Shown: piece after piece, positions 29,456 through 36,254 of the stretch
Layout: each line of letters opens with the position of its first letter
Numbering within the stretch: the first letter of the stretch is position 1
Source: an uncultured Eubacteriales bacterium
Lineage (GTDB): Bacteria; Bacillota; Clostridia; Monoglobales; Monoglobaceae
Assembly: GCA_958346135.1 (NCBI GenBank)
Contig: CATVQN010000001.1
Coordinates: 1-36,254 of the forward strand
DNA length: 36,254 nt
Reading direction: 5' to 3'
Position numbers and translations under genes: made by a program
Notes under the pieces: model-generated
The model's database searches: none
What the model was told of the DNA's origin: nothing
The model's input: only the letters and a program-made list of their open reading frames with translations

Positions 29456-31888
29456 TTATGCTGCCAAATCCGCAGGCTTCGTGGTCATAACCTGGTACAA
29501 CTTCGTATCCGTGGGGAACTTATCAACAAAGGGAATAATCTTATCTCCAAAGAACAAAAGCCCCTCACCGGCATCACTGTTCGTGATGTGACCCAGCTCC
29601 TGGGGAGAAATACCAAGACGCTGCGCCAGAATGTTCCGGTCACTGGCCGCCTGGTTCAGCATCAGGATAAAATCGCTGTTTTCCAGGATATTTTCAATCT
29701 CCGGGCTTTCCAGCAAATCCTTGACGTTCTGCGTTAGCGATGTCGGGATGCCATTCCATTTTCGGAATCTCTTGTAGATTTCTGCGGTGTAGGCTGCCGT
29801 CTGCGGCTCCTTCAAAAGCAGATGGAACTCATCTAAGTAGATGCGGGTGGTCTTTCCGGCATAGCGGTTTACAATGGTGCGCTGCCAGATATTATTCTGG
29901 ACAGTCAGCATACCAGGCTTTTTCAGGTTCTGCCCCAGACCACTGATGTCATAGCAGGCCACACGGTTATCAACATTGACGTTGGTTCGGTGGTTCAGAT
30001 AATTGAGGGAACCAAACACATACAATTCCAACGCCGTGGCAAGTTCCTGTGCCTGTTCTTCCTGCTGTGCCCGCAGGCACTCATACAAATCCCCCAGGAT
30101 CGGCATATTTTCCGGTCTGGGGTCTTTGATGAGCTGGCGGTAGATTTTCGGGATACAGCGGTCAATGACCGATTTCTCAATAGGCTTTAAGCCGCCCTGA
30201 GCGGCGGACAAAATCAGTTCACAGAATGACATGATAAAGTCCGCTTTCATCAGAAGCGGATTCTCGCCGGTATTCGTGGTCAAATCTACATCCAGCGGAT
30301 TGATATAATCGTGGCTGTCCGGGGCAAGCCGGATCACCTGTCCTGAAAGCTGCTGGCACAGGGAAGTATATTCATTCTCCGGATCGAGGAACAAAATGTC
30401 ATCCGTGGTATGCAGATAGACGTCTGCCGCTTCCCGCTTGCAGCTAAAGGATTTACCGGAACCGGGAGTGCCAAGCACCACTCCGTTGGGGCACTTGAGC
30501 GTTTTGCGGTCAGCCAGAATCATCCGGTTTGTGGTGGCGTTTAACCCATAGTAAACGCCTTTGGGCTGGAATACCTCACAGGCACGGAACGGCAAAAAGA
30601 TTGCCGTCCCGCTGGTAGTAAGCCCACGCTGGATTTCCACCTGGTTGATGCCGATGGGCAGCGCAGACACAAAGCCCTGTTCCTGCTGATAGTCCAGCCG
30701 GATCAGATCGCAGTTCTGGGTATTGGTAATGCCGTTTGCGGAGTAAATCAGATTTTCCAGCTTCTGACGGCTGGACGCCGCATGGACAACCAGGATTGTG
30801 ACCATAAACATTTTCTCGTCATGGTTCTGCAAATCCTCCAAAAGTTTCTGGGCTTCCTTGCCGAATGTCACAAGGTCGGGCGGCAGGATGTCCATATCAA
30901 AACCGGAGCGGACAGCCCGTTTTTGTTCGTCGATCTTTGCCTTGTCCAGATCACTCAGCTTGCGCTTGACTGCTTTCAGAGCGGCATTCTGGTCGAGGGC
31001 TTTGGCATGGATGCTGACGATCTGGCTTCCCTCCATGTTCAAAATGCTGTTTAACAGCGTGTCATACAGTTTGGTCGCCCGGATCTGCAAAAAAGAAACC
31101 GCCCCGAAAGATGCGCCGGAGCGGAAATAGCGCCCATCCTTGAAGAAGAACGAGCTGGGGGCAATATAGTCTTTGCTGGACAGCCCTGTGTGCTTTAAGG
31201 AATCCCAGTTAAAACGGAACTTCCGGTTTTCCTCCAGATGCAGGCACCGATGAAGAATCGTCAGCCGCTCATAACCGTCCATCGGATGTGCGGCAACCGT
31301 CAGGGCACGGAAATGCCCCACCACATCATTGTCGATCTGCTCCAGGCGGGAACGGGCCTGCCTGATGCCGTCTGCTTCGATAGTATAGGTCAGACAGATA
31401 CGGCGCTCATACCGGCTCTTGGAAACCTGCCGCACCAGCATATCGCTGTATTCCTTTCGGATTTCATCGAACTGGTCGCCCTGGGGGTTAAGGGCAAGCA
31501 TTTTCCGGTATTCCACCAGGTCTGCCGGATAGCAGATCACGGAAAGTTCAAAGCCCACAGACGGCCCGAAATAGTTGACCAGCTTGCAGTAAAGCTCAAA
31601 CAAAACCGCCTTTTCATCGTCAGACGCTTCGGCATAGTTGATGTCGTCACAGAGGACGCTTTTACTGTAAAGCCGGTTCGTGATGCGGCAGATGCCGTCC
31701 GGGTACATTTCTTCATAGGGAATGGTCTGCTGGGCGGTCTTTGCGATTTTACCCTCTTTTTTTGCCCGCCGGATTGCCTTTTCCACACGCCTTTTGTCGG
31801 CGGCGGTCAGCTTGGTGTCGGGCCGGATCACGAGATGTTCCCAGCCCACGGCTGTTCTTGCCGGTGGTTTTGTTCTGAATGGAAACAA
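29456..31888 (-). CDS. virB4: VirB4-like conjugal transfer ATPase (start moved to TTG 31888, 810 aa)
   Basis: Walker A GTPGSGKS, LDPENEY, YLDEFH, RFRKWNG...TQN; AGGAGG RBS 9 nt upstream of TTG. Confidence 0.93.
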   Translation of the reverse strand: MFPFRTKPPARTAVGWEHLVIRPDTKLTAADKRRVEKAIRRAKKEGKIAKTAQQTIPYEEMYPDGICRITNRLYSKSVLCDDINYAEASDDEKAVLFELYCKLVNYFGPSVGFELSVICYPADLVEYRKMLALNPQGDQFDEIRKEYSDMLVRQVSKSRYERRICLTYTIEADGIRQARSRLEQIDNDVVGHFRALTVAAHPMDGYERLTILHRCLHLEENRKFRFNWDSLKHTGLSSKDYIAPSSFFFKDGRYFRSGASFGAVSFLQIRATKLYDTLLNSILNMEGSQIVSIHAKALDQNAALKAVKRKLSDLDKAKIDEQKRAVRSGFDMDILPPDLVTFGKEAQKLLEDLQNHDEKMFMVTILVVHAASSRQKLENLIYSANGITNTQNCDLIRLDYQQEQGFVSALPIGINQVEIQRGLTTSGTAIFLPFRACEVFQPKGVYYGLNATTNRMILADRKTLKCPNGVVLGTPGSGKSFSCKREAADVYLHTTDDILFLDPENEYTSLCQQLSGQVIRLAPDSHDYINPLDVDLTTNTGENPLLMKADFIMSFCELILSAAQGGLKPIEKSVIDRCIPKIYRQLIKDPRPENMPILGDLYECLRAQQEEQAQELATALELYVFGSLNYLNHRTNVNVDNRVACYDISGLGQNLKKPGMLTVQNNIWQRTIVNRYAGKTTRIYLDEFHLLLKEPQTAAYTAEIYKRFRKWNGIPTSLTQNVKDLLESPEIENILENSDFILMLNQAASDRNILAQRLGISPQELGHITNSDAGEGLLFFGDKIIPFVDKFPTDTKLYQVMTTKPADLAA

Positions 31889-32240
31889 GTTGTTGTACCT
31901 CCTTTTCATAGTGTGCCTGCCGCTCCAGGGCGGCAAACCGATTGTTGGTCTGGTAAGGTCTGGCCGCAGGTGCGAGCAGCCGGACACGGATGATATTTTT
32001 CAGAATCTTTTCCAAAGGCTGCCCGTTCTTCTCATACAGCCCGAACAGCATAAAGGGCGCTGCCAGGGCAATCAGAAGAAGCAGGGCAAGGTCATTCCCC
32101 AGGGAGTGCCGGGTCAGGAAGTAAGTGCCCACGCCTGCAATCCCGCCCAGGGAAAAGCAGACAATCTGGCGCTTGGTCAGCCCAAAAGCCACCTTGTCCT
32201 TAACCTCGGTCAAGTCTTTGGTAATCGTCACATAAGCCAA
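31749..32240 (-). CDS. prgI: PrgI family protein
   Basis: KDLTEVKDKVAFGLTKRQ..CF, two TM helices, YEKNGQPLEK; overlaps virB4. Confidence 0.9.
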   Translation of the reverse strand: MAYVTITKDLTEVKDKVAFGLTKRQIVCFSLGGIAGVGTYFLTRHSLGNDLALLLLIALAAPFMLFGLYEKNGQPLEKILKNIIRVRLLAPAARPYQTNNRFAALERQAHYEKEVQQLVSIQNKTTGKNSRGLGTSRDPARHQADRRRQKACGKGNPAGKKRG

Positions 32241-32263
32241 TCGAAACCCTCCTTTCTCAAAAC

Positions 32264-33133
32264 TTAGTGTGCGTTTAGGATGCTTTTCGCCACGGAGCCG
32301 GTCTTAAACAGGCTGAAGCACAGAAGCACCGTGTAGGCGGCGCAGCTCCAGATGGAAGCCTGCAAATCCCCGCCCAGGGAAAGAGCATTGACCAGCACGG
32401 CATAGATGCCGACACAGATCATGATTAAGAATCCTTGCAGCCCCAGGGCGGCAAGCCCCCGGACGTAGTTGGTGCCGATGTTGCCCCATTCCCGGTTCAT
32501 AAAGGTGGCAAAGGGCAGCGGGCCGACACTGGCGTAAATATAAATTTCAATCATCCTGCCATACAAAATGACCGTGATGATAAGCCCCATCGCTTTCATG
32601 GCAAAGGATACGACCCAGGTTTCCAGCATCAAGGCAAATAGATCTCCCAGCCCCGTGGCCTGAAGCTCCGTCGTGATGTTGGCGATTGCAGAGGAAATGT
32701 CGATGCTGGCGTTGGTATCTATGACACCGGCACTCCTTTGAACCATTGTCTGCGCAACCTGGAAAATCGCCATGATGAAATCAAAGGTATGATTAACGAT
32801 GATTGCCGCCGCCGCTGACTTGAACGCCCATTTGAAGAACATAAAGGTATCAATGTCGTGCATATTGTTCTTCTCGATAATCATGGAAATCAGTTCATAC
32901 GTCAGGACGGCGGCGATCACAAGCCCCGCTATGGGGACTACCACATTCTTAGACAGCGTAAGAATAATGGAAAAGACGCTGGAGTTCCAGGACTCCGGCG
33001 TCTTTCCCACTTCGGTTGCGATTGTGGCGACCTTGCTGTTGACATCGCTAAACATACTCGACAGATTGCCAGTGATGGCTCCGATTAAGAAGTCTTTCAG
33101 CCACTGTTCAATGGCGTCGATTATGCTTTGCAT
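32264..33133 (-). CDS. virB6: VirB6/TrbL-like polytopic conjugal transfer protein
   Basis: Multiple TM helices, EKNNMHDIDT, GRMIEIY...V.P.PFAT..N.EW..IG.NY. Confidence 0.9.
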   Translation of the reverse strand: MQSIIDAIEQWLKDFLIGAITGNLSSMFSDVNSKVATIATEVGKTPESWNSSVFSIILTLSKNVVVPIAGLVIAAVLTYELISMIIEKNNMHDIDTFMFFKWAFKSAAAAIIVNHTFDFIMAIFQVAQTMVQRSAGVIDTNASIDISSAIANITTELQATGLGDLFALMLETWVVSFAMKAMGLIITVILYGRMIEIYIYASVGPLPFATFMNREWGNIGTNYVRGLAALGLQGFLIMICVGIYAVLVNALSLGGDLQASIWSCAAYTVLLCFSLFKTGSVAKSILNAH

Positions 33134-33152
33134 AAGCCGCTACCCGTGCCGA

Positions 33153-33371
33153 TTAGACGGTAATCAGGCTGGACAGCAGCGGAACCACCTTCAGGCCGAG
33201 AAGCATAATGCCGCCGCCCGCCATAAGCTGCTTGACACCCTGGCTTTTGGAAGCAGGGTTGTCGGCTCCGTAACCTTCCATGAGGTTGACCACACCCCAT
33301 ACGCCAACGCCGCCGCCCAGGGCAACAACCAGAGTAGACATCGTAGAAACAGCAGTCGTAAAGAAACTCAT
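33153..33371 (-). CDS. Maff2 family protein (VirB2-like pilin/membrane subunit)
   Basis: LV.ALG.G...WG..NL.EGYG.DNP..KSQG.KQLMAGGG signature; AGGAGG RBS. Confidence 0.92.
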   Translation of the reverse strand: MSFFTTAVSTMSTLVVALGGGVGVWGVVNLMEGYGADNPASKSQGVKQLMAGGGIMLLGLKVVPLLSSLITV

Positions 33372-33394
33372 AATAAAATCCTCCTACAATATAT

Positions 33395-33640
33395 TTGTGG
33401 GTAGCCTCACGGCATCCAGTCGTGTTGCTATCCAGCTTGTTGCCTAAGCTGTAGAATAAGAATGTAGTGGCCTGACACGATAATCCCTGGACTCACACGT
33501 CCGTCAAGGAGTCAGTCAGCCGCCGTTCTTATTCGCAGCATTCGATTTACGCAGGTAGTTCCACCGCAAAGCGGTGCGTTCGTGTTACCCAGGAGATTGA
33601 ACAAGCAATAAGTAAAAGGCGGAAGCCATTGCAAATTCAA
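33395..33640 (+). ncRNA. Putative IS110 bridge RNA (ends approximate)
   Basis: Nested stems with two internal loops carrying matches to the target (ATAATCC 33480-33486; TCAAGGA 33504-33510) and donor (GCAGG 33551-33555; AGGAG 33591-33595). Confidence 0.72.
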
Positions 33641-33656
33641 ATTGGGAGGAAAACGA

Positions 33657-34883
33657 ATGACCGTAGTTGGAATCGATGTTTCTAAGGGTAAGAGTATGGT
33701 AGCTGCCATGAAGCCCGGTGGGGAGCTTGTTGCAGCGCCATATGAGGTAAGGCATTCAGATATTGAACTGTCGCGCCTTGCGTTGGATGTTCTTTGCATG
33801 GAGCCAGATACCCGCGTTGTAATGGAAGCAACCGGCAGATACCATGAGCCGGTAGCAGCGCTGCTTCACAGTGAGGGAATCTTTGTGAGCATCCTAAACC
33901 CATTGCTTATTAAGCAAAGCGGAGCAGGCTCTCTGCGCAAGGTAAAATCCGATCCGAAGGATGCTCTTAAAATTGCTAAATATGGGCTTGACAACTGGTC
34001 TACATTGCGGGAATATACTCCTACGGAAGCAATTAGACAACAACTCAAGCTGTGCGAACGTCAATGCGACTTGTATAGCAAGAACATTGTCATGCTCACA
34101 AACAACCTTATTTCTTTGTCTGACAAGACCTTTCCGGGTGTAAACGAGCTGTTCTCAAGCCCCGAAAAGGCAGACGGACATTTGAAGTGGGTAGATTTTT
34201 ACAGAACCTTTTGGCATTGCGACTGCATTAACCGTATGTCACCGGATGCTTTTGGAGAGCGATACAAGAAATGGTGCAAGAAAAAGGGCTACCATTTTAG
34301 TGCTGATGCGACAAATGCTCTCTACGCAGCCAGCTGCGGACTTTACACCACGCTGCCGCGTGACAACAATGCCAAGTTACTGGTTACGGTTGCCGCCGAC
34401 CAGCTTATTGCACTGCGCGAAAACCAGTCCAAGCTGGAAGCCGAGATGCTGAATCTCTGCAAGCAGCTGCCGGAGTACGAGACCGTTATGGCCATGTATG
34501 GCGTTGGGAAGTCCACTGGGCCGCATCTCATGGCTGAATTAGGTGATATTCGCCGTTTCCCGCACCGCAGTTCTATTGTGGCCTTTGCAGGCGTAGACCC
34601 CGGCGTTGTTGGCTCCGGCAAGATGCAGCTTTCCAGTGTGGCAACTTCCAAGCGTGGATCACCTCAATTGAGAAAAGCACTCTTTCAAGTGGTTTCTACT
34701 TACGTCAAACGCAAACCCAAAAACGAGGCGGTTTACCAGTTCTACGCCAAAAAGCGTGACGAGGGAAAGCCTTTCTTCGTTTGCACTACCGCTGCTGCGA
34801 ACAAGTTCCTGCGTATTTACTATGCCCGTGTCAAGGAGTGTCTGAACGCTGCTGAAAGTGCAGTTCAAACCGAAGAAGGCTAA
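33657..34883 (+). CDS. IS110 family DEDD recombinase/transposase (start moved to ATG 33657, 408 aa)
   Basis: VGIDVSK, MEATG, KSDPKDA (D-E-D-D), GVG, AELGDI.RF, AGVDP...SG (Ser), SKRGS..LR; GGAGG RBS. Confidence 0.95.
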   Translation: MTVVGIDVSKGKSMVAAMKPGGELVAAPYEVRHSDIELSRLALDVLCMEPDTRVVMEATGRYHEPVAALLHSEGIFVSILNPLLIKQSGAGSLRKVKSDPKDALKIAKYGLDNWSTLREYTPTEAIRQQLKLCERQCDLYSKNIVMLTNNLISLSDKTFPGVNELFSSPEKADGHLKWVDFYRTFWHCDCINRMSPDAFGERYKKWCKKKGYHFSADATNALYAASCGLYTTLPRDNNAKLLVTVAADQLIALRENQSKLEAEMLNLCKQLPEYETVMAMYGVGKSTGPHLMAELGDIRRFPHRSSIVAFAGVDPGVVGSGKMQLSSVATSKRGSPQLRKALFQVVSTYVKRKPKNEAVYQFYAKKRDEGKPFFVCTTAAANKFLRIYYARVKECLNAAESAVQTEEG

Positions 34884-34953
34884 TTTGTAATGCTCATTTT
34901 GTCATTTGGCTGCCTCCGATTTTTGAGGGAGTCCTGTTTGCTGTACGCATTTT

Positions 34954-34981
34954 TACTCGGCTATCTGCCGAGTATTTTTTT
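34954..34981 (+). terminator. Intrinsic terminator in IS110 right end
   Basis: TACTCGGC-N5-GCCGAGTA then T7. Confidence 0.7.
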
Positions 34982-35031
34982 GCGATTTTTTATGGAAACC
35001 TATTGACTTTTATTTGCAGGACTCCTTGAAT

Positions 35032-35277
35032 TTAAAAAACGTGTTGATATGTTGTCGGTTTGGTTTTTGGATTGGAGCAGCCCCTTTCAGGCTCTGCCCG
35101 GACAGGCGGACGGATATGCTTTTTCATCCGCACCGCCGTTTTGGAAAATTCCGGGCAGATCAGGGCTTTCTCCGGGGAGCGGTTATAAAAATCTGCCATT
35201 GAACCGTAATAAAAAGCGCCGTTTAACGCCCTGGCTATCGTTTCCAATACATGAACCGCTTCGTCGTAAAATCCCAT
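35032..35277 (-). CDS. Hypothetical 81-aa protein with Maff2-like N-terminus (start moved to ATG 35277)
   Basis: GGGAGG RBS; MGFYDEAVHVLETIARALNG aligns by eye with Maff2 MSFFTTAVSTMSTLVVALGG. Confidence 0.45.
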   Translation of the reverse strand: MGFYDEAVHVLETIARALNGAFYYGSMADFYNRSPEKALICPEFSKTAVRMKKHIRPPVRAEPERGCSNPKTKPTTYQHVF

Positions 35278-35325
35278 TTTGACCTCCCATGTGATGAAAT
35301 TGCCGGTGTCCGGCTGGTTTTGGGC

Positions 35326-35384
35326 AAAAAAAGAAAAGGCTCCACCGATTTCAAAGCCCACAAAGGGGCATCGGTGGAGCCTTT
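35326..35384 (-). terminator. Intrinsic terminator directly after virD4
   Basis: AAAGGCTCCACCGAT / ATCGGTGGAGCCTTT 15-bp stem, 20-nt loop, then TCTTTTTTT on minus strand. Confidence 0.65.
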
Positions 35385-36210
35385 AGGCAGCCGCTTGGGG
35401 CTGTTCTATCTCTCCGAGGTCATAGACCTCAAATTCTTCTTCCGGCTTGACTTTGAGCCGGTGTTGCAGGTATGTCTTTACATCAAAGGTAAACTTGGGG
35501 TTGGCGTCTGCCGTGTACTTGTACTGGGGATGCTTCGTCAGATCATACTTCTTGGAGTAGAATGGGCGGACACCCTGCACCTGGACGATGCAGCGGCTGG
35601 AGGGCATGACAGCCAGCTCATCCACGCTCATCAGTTCTTTGCCCAGCTTCTGATAGTTCAGACCGTAGGTACGCTGGGCACCACGGGAATCGCTTTCATT
35701 CATGGTGTCAATGGTTTCTTTTCCCAAAAGCCCGGACACCATCTTTAAGCTGCTTTCCTCTTTCCCGCCCAGAAACAGCATAGTCGAGCAGCACCCGGCA
35801 ACGGTTTCCGCATTGTCCTTATACATTCCTTTAAGCTGGCTGAACGTCTGGAGGACGATGTGGGCAGATATATTCCTCGACCGGATCACGGAAACCAAAT
35901 GCTCCCAGTTCGGAATTTTTTGGTTTGCGAACTCATCAAACAGGCAGGTTACATGGATCGGGAGCCTGCCATGATAGACTTTCAACGCCCGGTCGCACAG
36001 TACGTTGAACATCTGGGAGTACATCATGGCTGAAATGAAGTTGAACGTCGGGTCGGTATCGGAAACCACCGCAAAGAGGGCGGTTTTCTCGTCACCCAGC
36101 TTTTCAAGCTCTAATTCATCATAGGACATCATCTCCCGGACGGCGGCAATATCAAATGGGGCTAATCTGGCCCCGCAGGAAATAAGTATGCTTTTTAGAG
36201 TTTTTCCAGA
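35383..36210 (-). pseudogene. virD4: 3' part of VirD4/TraG-like coupling protein gene, separated from its 5' part
   Basis: Frame reads SGKTLKSILISCGARLAPFDI..REMMSYDELE...LFDEFAN...IRSRNIS...LQ..SQL..Y; in-frame TGA at 36222-36220 and non-homologous AT-rich DNA upstream. Confidence 0.85.
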
Positions 36211-36254
36211 GACGAAAAGTCAAGGACTTTTTCATCAAATTCACAAACAAGTTA

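Larger units (their letters stand above)
33381..35026 (+). mobile_element. Complete IS110-family insertion sequence (about 1.64 kb) flanked by a shared CTCCT core
   Basis: CTCCT at 33381-33385 and 35022-35026; removing the element restores AAAATC-CTCCT-TGAAT; no terminal inverted repeats; long left non-coding end. Confidence 0.88.
9340..36254 (-). mobile_element. Conjugation/mobilisation backbone of an integrative conjugative element (Tn1549/CTn-like gene order); partial, ends not in window
   Basis: Co-oriented virD4, maff2, virB6, prgI, virB4, NlpC/P60, DUF4315, DUF4366, topB, MTase-helicase, mobC and relaxase genes; no integrase in window. Confidence 0.9.

Noticed and set aside
28491..29591. 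366-aa plus-strand ORF and the many other long antisense ORFs (e.g. 2138-2986, 4534-5439, 18289-19146, 31238-31993)
   Set aside because: Shadow frames opposite well-supported genes in GC-rich DNA; atypical composition and no motifs, unlike the nested TnpV ORF
33381..33385. CTCCT as a classical DDE target-site duplication
   Set aside because: IS110 enzymes recombine through a core shared by donor and target; no terminal inverted repeats, and the junction promoter needs one copy to belong to the element
35003..35031. Hybrid outward promoter from the integrated IS110 right end (TTGACT-N17-TTGAAT)
   Set aside because: The -10 lacks the conserved A at position 2; too weak to call
36211..36254. 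Group II intron as the virD4-interrupting element
   Set aside because: No domain V/VI-like structure or AY 3' terminus at the junction

Overview
The window is the internal part of a Clostridia-type (Lachnospiraceae/Oscillospiraceae-like) integrative conjugative element with Tn1549/CTn-like gene order, plus adjacent accessory cargo. No integrase or element ends are visible. Left (1-9.3 kb): a metal and redox stress cargo (copA-csoR, two tiny membrane ORFs, HMA protein + Cd/Zn-type P1B ATPase, two divergent ArsR/SmtB regulators, nitroreductase, HxlR/DUF24 regulator, radical SAM protein). Right (9.3-36.2 kb, almost all minus strand): interrupted virD4, an IS110, Maff2 pilin-like gene, virB6, prgI, virB4, NlpC/P60, DUF4315, Cys-rich DUF4366 surface protein, topoisomerase III, DUF4316 protein, XRE and Spo0A-C-like regulator pair, a 3176-aa polyvalent N6-MTase/SNF2-helicase protein, mobC, a MOBP relaxase and an oriT-like hairpin cluster. 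Main findings: (1) a complete TnpV-family gene with its own near-consensus promoter and RBS is nested out of frame inside the giant helicase gene; (2) the IS110 carries a readable bridge-RNA-like end whose guide loop matches its own insertion site (the Shine-Dalgarno of the pilin gene), and circularisation rebuilds a TTGACT-N17-TACAAT promoter; (3) copA has an internal in-frame RBS/ATG that could yield a free CopZ; (4) a duplicated operator links the nitroreductase and radical SAM genes to the HxlR regulator; (5) virD4 is broken by an unidentified insertion at the window edge. All family calls come from reading motifs by eye; no database searches were run.
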